DNA of 32,873 nt, taken from NCBI GenBank assembly GCA_036337435.1, contig JAYZEG010000080.1, positions 1 to 32,873 of the forward strand, in the 5' to 3' direction. Below, piece after piece: positions 20,201 through 27,082 of the stretch; the first letter of the stretch is position 1, and each line of letters starts with the position of its first letter. This DNA comes from Myxococcota bacterium (GTDB lineage: Bacteria > Myxococcota_A > Bradymonadia > UBA7976 > UBA1532). The notes under the pieces were generated by a model. The model made no database searches. It worked only from the letters and a program-made list of their open reading frames with translations, and was not told where the DNA came from. The position numbers and the translations under genes are program-made.

Positions 20201-20508
20201 TCGATGGTTTTGGACCACAGGCCGATAGTGCTTTGTTAGATGGCGGCATCGGGTTGGATTCATCAGTGGATTTTGGACCGGATCTATCCACCGACGACAA
20301 AGATGGATCGCCCGCTGATGCATATGTTTGCCAAGCCGATGGTACGTGTGAAGATCTTGGCGGATCCGAACGTAGAAAGCCGATCCGCGATGGGTGTGGC
20401 TGCGCGGTTGAACAAACAAATCTGGGCCTTAATTTTATCTTCTATCTTTTCTTAATTGGGGCGATTAGAATACGGCTGACGAGTCGAAGACTGCGTCGTA
20501 ATACCTAA
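14272..20508 (+). CDS. Giant secreted surface protein: N-terminal beta-rich (propeller-like) domain, TSP3-like Ca-binding motifs, 28 MopE-like 'putative metal-binding' repeats, MYXO-CTERM-like anchor
   Basis: Signal peptide ending ..FQAHG. DTDEDRIPD and DTDGDGRSDGQE motifs. Repeated CDGxDxDCDGxxDE. C-terminal GCGC, hydrophobic helix and Arg-rich tail. Confidence 0.9.
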   Translation: MGSMFRRFIVLIVMCLPSFQAHGQDLVRGCIETNGQGQGLDLFVDGLGVLHMSHATRIQGSLRLTSIDVDGTVTNQSIANRIHRFPTTDTLGTGLFIDGTTAIVCYHNQLADTLNVATRTNGQWRIDIVARNVAGNGCAVTRSGNETLVLYHGNNQLMAAAKIGNGQWTTRVVDAGDGNVGELPNLARSGAGQLAVAYRDTANGRLRVAFRNGGQWIVEIPDLPVGNAGHNPRLVAVANEFKIFHGQIVGQLDVETDGSLLMTTRTNEGDYDSIIFPDFAVGGTIGAAASDRGVFASTRHLSRSALFGDSDGLLVFSGEPLTSDAFEQYGPAQGRHTYLFVRVAMDPFGLPVVAFVDSFLGGFGSADGSPICYWRPRDTDEDRIPDEIEQELGTDPNVRDTDGDGRSDGQEVLIDGTNPLADDVCRPVPEVCNGDDDDCDGRTDEQLVTDCYEGPEGTDGVGACIGGSRRCVDGAWLGCEGQITPSGEACDLVDQDCDGRVDESVAGTGGDCDTGLAGICGDGVLACFAGAIRCSALTAAQPDVCNGLDDDCDNAVDEGDISCGVGVCVRRVNACSGGLDNVCLPLAPTGDDLTCDGADNDCDGQVDEGAPPQRVSCGRGACLRQVELPCQNGQRLGECVPGQPSDDTVCDGIDNDCDGRIDEAFVSTVIECGVGACRTVGSTGCIAGVVVEQCLPLDPAVDDAQCDGVDADCDGRLDEDYAENASECGEGACAQIGVVACVAGIVVDQCSPLPGTPDTDCDGLDNDCDGRIDEAYAGRPVQCGIGLCQAEGLTVCSDGEEEIRCQTFEPEPDVNCDGLDDDCDGRADESFTDIGIRCGVGACTQAGLRQCVNGNLVDSCDPTLPVTPDAECDGIDNDCDGRTDESFAGQLISCGQGLCSAEAAEVCIDGETIDRCIPGDPEAEDWVCDGRDEDCDGRLDEDYEIVPTTCGVGACQAEGQIICLDGDPNVLCTPGQPNPDTNCNGTDDDCDGLIDEDFVGRLVDCGRGACQAEARSVCIDGQQQSTCLPGNPIDNDSLCDGIDSDCDGEVDEAFVPRPEACGLGECRRDGVWRCIGGRQQLDCQAGVPQPDGQCDGLDQDCDGRVDEAFSGMPVQCGIGACQADGTEVCRNGQVVDSCVPGQGADFDRSCDGLDDDCDGRIDEDYRPETIECGVGICRAEGLTTCIDGSVIDACEPGVGADADLTCDGLDDDCDGQADEDHQAEPITCGVGACQADGRRVCRLGALVDVCSPAGPSGLDTGCDGIDQDCDGQVDESFPVQATSCGVGACAQAGQLTCRNGRLIDNCEAAPPNGQADICDAIDTDCDGRVDEDHELSRTECGVGACRSIGRLRCETGRVIDTCRPGAVLGPDTICDGVDSDCDGRSDEGYVATATACGVGACASIGQRQCEAGRESDTCRPAEPAGGQDLCDGIDNDCDGSADEDYRVTRTWCSTGVCLSSGRLRCIEGAEIDSCVPKERWGRDSNCDGIDADCDGRYDENFRSIDTQCGVGACASNGVTVCVDGSVVDDCEPRDALGDDDNCDGVDDDCDGQVDEGFVRTETSCGVGFCQITGFITCLDGQTVDTCEPGLPRGRDSACDGIDADCDGRLDERYRVQPSECGVGSCASSGEVICRDGQRVDTCQSGTPSGADVLCDGQDQDCDGRVDEGFQNSPTRCSTGVCMGIGQTRCEGGDVIDDCQPGQPTGGDVSCDGLDNDCDGQTDESVPRTQSTCGVGACRNTGETVCVGGRLQNNCRPNTPAADDNSCDGIDSDCNGQVDEDFQPDRITCGVGTCQGNGITQCFGGELIRNCRVGQPAPGDINCDGLDDDCDGRNDEDFQGQPIECGIGVCSVTAVGVCARGQLRATCDPLPPTGDDNDCDGLDSDCDGRVDEASSIEIECGIGACRRLGRQVCRDGAAVQECEPGRAADNDRSCNGLDDDCDDRIDEDCQSDARVDSGATDAAVSRDMEPVQPLDGGVDGFGPQADSALLDGGIGLDSSVDFGPDLSTDDKDGSPADAYVCQADGTCEDLGGSERRKPIRDGCGCAVEQTNLGLNFIFYLFLIGAIRIRLTSRRLRRNT
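15565..20116 (+). repeat. Coding tandem repeat, ~168 bp (56 aa) unit, 28 copies of the CDGxDxDCDG core
   Basis: Cores counted in the translation, for example at 18559, 18727, 18895, 19063, 19231, 19399, 19567, 19735 and 19903 (exact 168-bp spacing). Copies are diverged at the nucleotide level. Confidence 0.9.
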
Positions 20509-20604
20509 ACAACAGTTGTGGCTGTCGGGGTGCCTGCTCGCAGGGACTCGACATCTGAACGAAAGATACGTACGCTCAGGATCTTCTGAGTACCGGAACA
20601 AACT

Positions 20605-22290
20605 ATGAGAGCAGTTGATATTCCCCAGGCTGATAGCCTGAGTCGCATTCGTGAACTTGTACAGACCGTCCATTTTGGTGCGTCCGACACAGCTCGACTT
20701 CAAAAGGTGATGTCACTTCATCCGCGGCATGTCGGCTACCACTTGCATGCAGCCCGAGTCTTAAATTGGATTGAGCGCGCTGATGATCAATGGGCGGTGA
20801 CCAGTCTTGGTGGCGAACTGATCGCAACAGCCGCAGGGTCCCAAGAAGAACGAGCCATCTTTCGAAAGTCTATTTCGGCCAGCGAGTATCTGGTGGCCAT
20901 TGCGCCAAACCTCTTGACGGATCAAGCACCAGAACAAGACCTTTTATCTCTGCGGATTCAAGAGGTCGCCGGCATCGCGCCCGCGACGGCGAGACGGCGT
21001 GCAAGCACATTGCTACGCTGGCGAACTCAGAGTCTCCCAACGCGCGTTAAGCGCTTTGAAATTACCGACGTATCTGATGATGAGGAAGCCAACCGAGAGA
21101 GCATGCGTGTGCATGCGGCCCATGTTGAGCGATATGGACTTCTTGGGTCGCTCCGTGTGGAGTTTGGCGAGGCGCCCGTATTCATCGGTGCCAATTCGAC
21201 AGGCAAAAGCACGCTTTTTGATGTGTTCCAATTCTTATCCGACGCTCTCTACAAAGGCATCGATAACGCCATCTCAATCCGAGCAGACCGATTTGAAGAT
21301 CTCGTCTGGTTTGGTGAGGGTGACAGCTTCGCGTTGGCCCTTGAATTCACCATTCCCAAAGCGGCACGCTACGACCTTGCTCGCATCCGTTACGAAGTAG
21401 AAATTGGCCGTAATGAAGAGGCAGCCGTCGGTGTAGTACGAGAAGCAATGTACCTGTGCCCAAGAGAGTTACCAGCCCAACAAGTTGTTCACTCCAATAC
21501 GCCTAGAGGCTGGAGAAAGATCTTGGGCATGGGCCAAACCGGACAAGCCCGATATGGCTCTGAACATCCATCGAGTCGAAAAACGACGACCGCACCGGTT
21601 GGAAATCAAGCTCTTGGGCTGAGTCAGCTGCCCGATGATCCGGAACGATTCCCTGCGGCGAGGCGGGTAAGAAATTTACTTCTCAGCGGTGTACAACAAG
21701 TCAATTTTGACCCAATTGAACTTGTGCGGCCAACACCCTCAGATGCGCCCGCCAGTATGGACTCGCAAGGTGCTGGATTAGCCGCTGTGATCGGAGCATT
21801 AGAATCTGGACCCAGCGACATTTTTCTGCGTTGGATGTCTCATATCCAAGAAGCGATACCTGGCGTTGAAAAATTGATGACACGTGTCATCGATGGTTCA
21901 CGCAGTGTTTTTGCTGAAATGAAGGGCGGTGTTCAGCTGCCACTCAGACGCCTGTCAAAGGGATCGATAATTGCTATTGGATTGTGCACCCTCGGATACC
22001 AGGACCGAAAAGACACCGTGCTCATCGTTGAAGCCCCCGAGGCAGGCGTTCATCCATCGACCATTGAAGCGGTTGCTCAGGGAACGATGGAGTCTGATTC
22101 CTCACTTCAAATTATGCTCACCACGTATTCGCCCGCTTGGGTGGCAGCGGTTCCTGTGGATCGTCTCCGACGTTTCGTTCGGGAGGCGGGCGCAATTCGC
22201 GTCTTGCCAGGGATTGATTTGACATCCGGAGATGACTCTGAGGCTGAGCAACCAAGTCGCGCGCTTCTCTACGCTGCAGGCCTTCTCTAA
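20605..22290 (+). CDS. N-terminal winged-helix (DUF7226-like) domain fused to AAA_21/MAD3-like ABC-type ATPase, with degenerate Walker B and H-loop
   Basis: N-terminal IPQADS..RHVGYHLHAARVL..T.LG..TARRRASTLLRW. Walker A GANSTGKS (21187-21210), signature LSKG, Walker B/D-loop LIVEAPEAGVHP, H-loop TTYSP. Confidence 0.85.
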   Translation: MRAVDIPQADSLSRIRELVQTVHFGASDTARLQKVMSLHPRHVGYHLHAARVLNWIERADDQWAVTSLGGELIATAAGSQEERAIFRKSISASEYLVAIAPNLLTDQAPEQDLLSLRIQEVAGIAPATARRRASTLLRWRTQSLPTRVKRFEITDVSDDEEANRESMRVHAAHVERYGLLGSLRVEFGEAPVFIGANSTGKSTLFDVFQFLSDALYKGIDNAISIRADRFEDLVWFGEGDSFALALEFTIPKAARYDLARIRYEVEIGRNEEAAVGVVREAMYLCPRELPAQQVVHSNTPRGWRKILGMGQTGQARYGSEHPSSRKTTTAPVGNQALGLSQLPDDPERFPAARRVRNLLLSGVQQVNFDPIELVRPTPSDAPASMDSQGAGLAAVIGALESGPSDIFLRWMSHIQEAIPGVEKLMTRVIDGSRSVFAEMKGGVQLPLRRLSKGSIIAIGLCTLGYQDRKDTVLIVEAPEAGVHPSTIEAVAQGTMESDSSLQIMLTTYSPAWVAAVPVDRLRRFVREAGAIRVLPGIDLTSGDDSEAEQPSRALLYAAGLL

Positions 22291-22898
22291 TGGATGATCT
22301 GCTCATCATTTGTCCTGATCGGCGCTGGAAGGCGGTGCTCGAGGCATTTTTGGATCGCACGAGACACCTCGGCATACGAGAGGTGACGGTCAGTATCCAT
22401 GCCATGAGCACGGGCGGTTCGAGGGCTTTGCTCGAGTCGGGTGTGGAGTTGGCAAACGCCCAGGCGGGTCGTTTCAATCACTGTTTGCTGATGTTGGATG
22501 CTGATCAAGCCGGCGATGAGCGAGATGGAGCCGCCATCCAGGTTGACCTATCCAGTCGGCTCAGCACGGTATGGGAGAATAGAGCGGCAGCGGTTGTGTC
22601 GAGCCCGTCTCTTGAGTCATGGCTGCTCGAAGCGCACCGTGTTTTTGCCCGTATCCCTGGCTTGAGAGGTGTGGATGTAAGACGTTGGCTGAGCGATTCC
22701 GGTCATTGGCCCATGAATGCTGCACAGCCCGACCAGGCGAGACATGCCGTGAAGGCCTTATTCGAAAAGCACCGCGTGCCACTGTCCGCGGCAAACTATC
22801 GAATTGTTGCGGCCGAATATCCGCTGCGATTCGATCGTATTGAATCGCCGAGCATGAGACGCTTTATCTACCAGCTTCGGGATTGGTTTCTAGCCTAG
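22290..22898 (+). CDS. MAD4-like / DUF4276-like TOPRIM-fold partner protein
   Basis: TAATG overlap with the ATPase. DLLIICPD..LDRTRHLGIR, LLMLDAD, PSLESWLL, WP..QP and SPSMRRF..LRDWF pattern recalled for MAD4-type partners of AAA_21 ATPases. Confidence 0.7.
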   Translation: MDDLLIICPDRRWKAVLEAFLDRTRHLGIREVTVSIHAMSTGGSRALLESGVELANAQAGRFNHCLLMLDADQAGDERDGAAIQVDLSSRLSTVWENRAAAVVSSPSLESWLLEAHRVFARIPGLRGVDVRRWLSDSGHWPMNAAQPDQARHAVKALFEKHRVPLSAANYRIVAAEYPLRFDRIESPSMRRFIYQLRDWFLA

Positions 22899-23757
22899 GC
22901 CTGAGCTCGCGGCTGAGCACGGTGTTGTCCACAAGACCTCTGAGCACTTTGCGGCCCAGGCTGAGCGCACTGATGTTCTCGAATTCAATGCCATCAAATA
23001 TATCTGCCATTGGCCGAGTAATTTGGACATGTACGGACGTGCCGTTTTCAATGGGTGTCTCGGTGAATACATGACTGTGCAGGGTGCTTTCCAGCAGCCC
23101 ATAAGCAATTGATATATCGATATTAAAAGGGACGGCGTTGTTGGAGCCGGGTGCCAGGTAGGTTCCTTGCATCAAAAGACTGCGATTCTCCATGGGCGAA
23201 TAATCCGATTGGGTCTGCGTCATCGGGTCGCCGCGCGCGATCAGGTAATGGACATCGCAATAAGTCGCATTATCCCCAAGATTGACGGTGCGGACCGTAT
23301 CGTCTCCACCGATCCGCTCAACAAAACTCACACCCAACGTGCTTTGGTCTGCAACATCGCCATGGCCAGCCCATGCTTGGAAGCCAAAAAGACCCGCAAA
23401 CAACCAGTCACCGACGCGGTCGATAAATCCACCTTCTGTGGGATTGGCATCGATGCATGGAACGAGACTTGAGCTGTAACTCACAATGTAACCGGCGTCG
23501 ACTACGATTCGATAGCCCAGGTCCGAACGAGTGGTCCACTGTGTTTCGTCCCAACTGTCGATGCCGTCCTTTTGCCAAGAGTAGATATAGCTGACTTGAC
23601 CTCCTTGATTACCTACTGCGCCATCATTCGTCGGGGCGACGGTGGCCTCGTGACTGTCTCCAGGACTTTGAGTTGAACACGATGGGAAAAAAGCAAGAGA
23701 GAAAACGGTGAGGCAAACTGACATCAACGCGTCTAGCTTTGTTGAGTGAGACGACAT
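22864..23757 (-). CDS. Hypothetical lipoprotein
   Basis: ATG 23757 with GGGAG upstream. Hydrophobic stretch and FPS-C lipobox-like site, followed by a low-complexity linker. The ORF track start at 23850 runs into the palindrome. Confidence 0.7.
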   Translation of the reverse strand: MSSHSTKLDALMSVCLTVFSLAFFPSCSTQSPGDSHEATVAPTNDGAVGNQGGQVSYIYSWQKDGIDSWDETQWTTRSDLGYRIVVDAGYIVSYSSSLVPCIDANPTEGGFIDRVGDWLFAGLFGFQAWAGHGDVADQSTLGVSFVERIGGDDTVRTVNLGDNATYCDVHYLIARGDPMTQTQSDYSPMENRSLLMQGTYLAPGSNNAVPFNIDISIAYGLLESTLHSHVFTETPIENGTSVHVQITRPMADIFDGIEFENISALSLGRKVLRGLVDNTVLSRELRPRLETNPEAGR

Positions 23758-23821
23758 AGGTCTGGTTCTCCCGTTGTATCTATGGGTGCTTATATCGGGT
23801 GCCCGGTGCGTTTTGGTAGAG

Positions 23822-23848
23822 GTGTAACACTGTGACACAGTGTTACAC
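23822..23848. promoter_or_regulatory. Perfect 27-bp palindrome, candidate activator (bEBP) binding site
   Basis: GTGTAACACTGTG-A-CACAGTGTTACAC: 13-bp perfect arms around a 1-nt centre, in an AT-rich divergent intergenic region. Confidence 0.75.
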
Positions 23849-23870
23849 AATGTGATGTAACAATCATGTT

Positions 23871-23883
23871 TTTCAATGGTTTA
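23871..23883 (+). promoter_or_regulatory. IHF-like site
   Basis: TTTCAATGGTTTA versus consensus WATCAANNNNTTR (one mismatch), located between the palindrome and the sigma54 element. Confidence 0.4.
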
Positions 23884-23911
23884 AGTGCCTGTAATTACAG
23901 TGATTAATTTT

Positions 23912-23927
23912 TGGCACGCTCTGTGCT
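23912..23927 (+). promoter_or_regulatory. Sigma54 (-24/-12) promoter for the ECF sigma gene
   Basis: TGGCACGCTCTGTGCT matches TGGCACG-N4-TTGCW with one mismatch, has exact GG-N10-GC spacing and lies 45 nt before ATG 23973. Confidence 0.7.
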
Positions 23928-23972
23928 CTATAGGAAGCCCGTATCAACATTACAGCTTTTTGGAGCCCGCTC

Positions 23973-24671
23973 ATGTCAATCTCAGTCGCACTTCGAACTT
24001 ACGACAACCTTCGACGAATTCGCCCTAATCGTGCTGCTCGCCCAGCGCAACGCAAGCGCTATGCGGACATGGAAGAAGCCGAGTTGCTTACAGCTGTTTT
24101 AAGTGGCGTAACGGCCGCGCTTGCCGCCTTTGTGCAACGATATGAGTTGTACGTACGAACTGTAGTTGGGCGAACTGTTCGTCGGTACACATCCAATGTG
24201 GATGCAACCGTTATCGACGACCTTTGCCAAGAGGCATTTGTCGCGCTCTTTGAAAATGATCGACGTCGTTTGCGCATGTTTGAAGGAAGAAACGGGTGTC
24301 CGCTCCGTGCCTGGATCCGCGTGATTGCCATGAGAACGACAGTGAGTCGGATGCGACGCTGGAAGAATCATACCCAATTGCCTAACGACGACTCCGATCG
24401 CGGTTCGATGAAGATGGTGGATGATGGACCCGACGCCCTCGACCTTCTGGCGAGTCAAGATGACCAGAAGCGTCAGGCGCAGCTCCTTCGCCTCGCTACC
24501 TGTCTGTCTGAGGAAGATCGAGAACTCATCGAGCTTATCTACGTGCATGAACTGTCTGTGCCAGCCATCACCGAAAAGCTCAGCATTCGTCGGGGTGCTC
24601 TGTACATGAGGAAGAATCGTGCACTACGCCGACTCCGGAATCGTGCTCGCGCTGCAGGATTGATGGGCTAG
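23973..24671 (+). CDS. ECF-type sigma-70 family RNA polymerase sigma factor
   Basis: Region 2 DDLCQEAFVALF..LRAWIRVIA. Region 4 LSEEDRELIELIY..I..L.I..GALYMRKNRALRRLR. GGAG RBS. Confidence 0.92.
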   Translation: MSISVALRTYDNLRRIRPNRAARPAQRKRYADMEEAELLTAVLSGVTAALAAFVQRYELYVRTVVGRTVRRYTSNVDATVIDDLCQEAFVALFENDRRRLRMFEGRNGCPLRAWIRVIAMRTTVSRMRRWKNHTQLPNDDSDRGSMKMVDDGPDALDLLASQDDQKRQAQLLRLATCLSEEDRELIELIYVHELSVPAITEKLSIRRGALYMRKNRALRRLRNRARAAGLMG

Positions 24672-24710
24672 TCGAACCGAACCAACTTGCCGTCGAGCCT
24701 AAATGGCAGC

Positions 24711-26153
24711 CTAGAAGCGGATACCCGCGGCGAGACCGACTTGTTGATAGACTGTCTTAAATTGGCCAGCATTGACCGTGACGCCGCCTGCCGGGTCACA
24801 ATTTCCCTCAACATTACAAGGCGTCAGAGGTCTTTGCTGAATGACTCTCGACTCGGCTTCGCTCACATTGATGGTTTTGTGGTCGGTGTAATTGTAGGCG
24901 ATGGACAAATCGAGCTGACTGCTCTTGCTTAGGTCGACAGTATAGGTCATCCCGAGAGCAACACCCGCTCGTTCGCCCGCAGGAAAGTCCAAATGGCTGT
25001 AGCCAGCTGGGGCGGCTGCTTGCTCCCAGAAACCTCCCGCCGAGACCGAGAAAACATCGGGGCTCACAACGTACGTCCCGCCCAATCGAATGCTCAGAGT
25101 GTCCTCCCAATTTTTTTCGACCACGACATTGTTTATGGTCTGTTGAACGCCAAAGAGTTCAACTTCTCCTTCTATGCGAGTGCCGTACTTGTCAAGGGAT
25201 GACCAGCCTTCCCAGACAACATCCAATTCAACGTCAAAAACCTCGGTTTGGCCTTTTAAATGACGATATCGTATTCCAAACCGAGCGGTTTGAGGTAGGT
25301 CCAGGTCCAAGGCGAGGTGCCCGCCCTGCACAGACAGATCGAGGTTAGTTACGTCGGGAATTGTTCCGGGAATTTTATCGATTATGGGCTTGCCTCGCGT
25401 CTCCAGTCTGATGGGGAAAGGACGTCCCGAGACGGCGAGTTCGAGTTCTGGGATTGGGCGGAACCAGGCACCTAAGAGTGCGCTTGGACTGAAGTTGTCC
25501 TTTGCCTCAACGCTGGCGTGAACATCAAAATCACTCGCGTAGGGGTTAATATCGGGATTAATCGATGCGTCAACGACGAGGCTAAAATTAAGGTAGGGCA
25601 GTTGAACCCATTGGACTGTCGCCCCAATCCCCCAGGTCTCCGTTCCGTAAGCCATCGTTAGACCATAATAAATTAAGAGTACGTCTAATTCGGTCAGAAG
25701 ATACCGTTGGCTTCCGTCCCTTGGGAAACGCACATTACCGCTTGAGTTCGGCCCGAGTAGTGAAAAGCCGAAGGACATGTTTTCCAGACCGAAATCACTT
25801 GTTGCGGCAAGTGTGAGTGCCAGCGGAAAGAATGGTTTTTCATTTTCACTCTTGTCGAAGCGTTTGTCATGCCCTTCAAGGCTACTATCAGACCGACCCT
25901 CGATGCTGCTTTCAGACCGGGTGAATTCTGAAAAACTCCAGAAGAGGTTGTGGCTGTACATAATGTGTGTGCCGCGAAGCTTTGAGACCGCGCCCGGATT
26001 GTGAATGGTTGCTGACGGATCGTCTGCTTTTGCTGAAAACGCCCCGCCACGCGCCAGTGAACGTGCACCTTGTTCCGGGATATCGAATCCATTGGCTAAA
26101 GCATGACTGGTCAAGCACAACAGCACGGCAATGGCTCGTTTAAACCAAATCAT
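24711..26153 (-). CDS. FadL/OmpP1-family outer-membrane transporter for hydrophobic substrates
   Basis: Signal peptide then NGFDIPEQGARSLARGGAFSAKADDPSATIHNPG, amphipathic beta-strands, C-terminal Phe. AAGGAGG RBS at 26161-26167. Confidence 0.88.
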   Translation of the reverse strand: MIWFKRAIAVLLCLTSHALANGFDIPEQGARSLARGGAFSAKADDPSATIHNPGAVSKLRGTHIMYSHNLFWSFSEFTRSESSIEGRSDSSLEGHDKRFDKSENEKPFFPLALTLAATSDFGLENMSFGFSLLGPNSSGNVRFPRDGSQRYLLTELDVLLIYYGLTMAYGTETWGIGATVQWVQLPYLNFSLVVDASINPDINPYASDFDVHASVEAKDNFSPSALLGAWFRPIPELELAVSGRPFPIRLETRGKPIIDKIPGTIPDVTNLDLSVQGGHLALDLDLPQTARFGIRYRHLKGQTEVFDVELDVVWEGWSSLDKYGTRIEGEVELFGVQQTINNVVVEKNWEDTLSIRLGGTYVVSPDVFSVSAGGFWEQAAAPAGYSHLDFPAGERAGVALGMTYTVDLSKSSQLDLSIAYNYTDHKTINVSEAESRVIQQRPLTPCNVEGNCDPAGGVTVNAGQFKTVYQQVGLAAGIRF

Positions 26154-26348
26154 ACGACGACCTCCTTATCCTTCCCACGGGTTCGTCAGACTAACTTGCC
26201 TGCAACAAGAGTCAACACCCTTGTCCCCCGACTCGAGAAGTTCTGTTGCGACAATGGCTTGAATCTTGTTTCTTGGTGACGCGATAGCGCGTAATGCCCA
26301 ACCAGACAGGTCGAGAGCAAACGGCTATTTTGTGGTGACCAGAGATGG

Positions 26349-27053
26349 CTAGTCTGGGACAGACCAATCGACAGGGTGTGTACCGAGTCGTTCAAGATAC
26401 CCATTGATCTGAGAAAAATGTTTGCAACCAAAGAAGCCTCGGTGGGCTGACAAGGGTGACGGATGGGGAGAGCGTAAAATAAGATGCCTGCGTCCATCGA
26501 TCATAGATGCCTTGCGTCCTGCTGCAGACCCCCATAGGACGAACACCAAGCCCTCTCGTCGACAATTGAGTTCTTCGATGACCTGATCCGTCAGATATTC
26601 CCAGCCACGTCCTCGGTGGCTATTGGCCATACCTGCCCGTACGCTCAGAACTGTATTGAGGAGTAAGACGCCTTGTTGAGCCCAGTGTGTCAGGTCACCA
26701 TGTTGAGGCTTTGGAATCCCGATGTCCTGGTTGATTTCTTTAAAGATATTCTGGAGGCTTGGGGGGATTCGGCAACCGCGACGTACCGAGAAACACAATC
26801 CGTGTGCCTGCCCGACTCCATGGTAAGGGTCCTGGCCTAGTATGACCACACGAACCTGTTGAAAATGGGTCATCCAGAAGGCATTGAACATATCACGGCC
26901 TGGCGGAAAGACTCGGTGTATGCGCCTTTCTTCAACTAAAAATGTCTTGAGAGCTCTCAATTGCGGATGGTCGAAAACAGGCCCGACCACCTCTAGCCAT
27001 GACTGGGGTAATTTGGGTTTGGACGTGTTTTCACTGGTTAATGCCGTCGTCAT
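26349..27053 (-). CDS. ung: Uracil-DNA glycosylase (family 1)
   Basis: VVILGQDPYH, QAHGLCFSV, PPSLQNI, GVLLLN, LWG, HPSPLS. Confidence 0.98.
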   Translation of the reverse strand: MTTALTSENTSKPKLPQSWLEVVGPVFDHPQLRALKTFLVEERRIHRVFPPGRDMFNAFWMTHFQQVRVVILGQDPYHGVGQAHGLCFSVRRGCRIPPSLQNIFKEINQDIGIPKPQHGDLTHWAQQGVLLLNTVLSVRAGMANSHRGRGWEYLTDQVIEELNCRREGLVFVLWGSAAGRKASMIDGRRHLILRSPHPSPLSAHRGFFGCKHFSQINGYLERLGTHPVDWSVPD

Positions 27054-27082
27054 GATCGTGTTGGGACGGACCCTAGTTCAGC

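Noticed and set aside
20605..22898. Complete MADS, restriction-modification system or ABC transporter
   Set aside because: No methyltransferase, specificity subunit or other mad genes are adjacent, and there is no permease or substrate-binding protein.
24711..26153. FadL-like transporter as part of a lipid cluster with fas
   Set aside because: It lies more than 11 kb from fas with unrelated genes in between, so there is no evidence of co-regulation.
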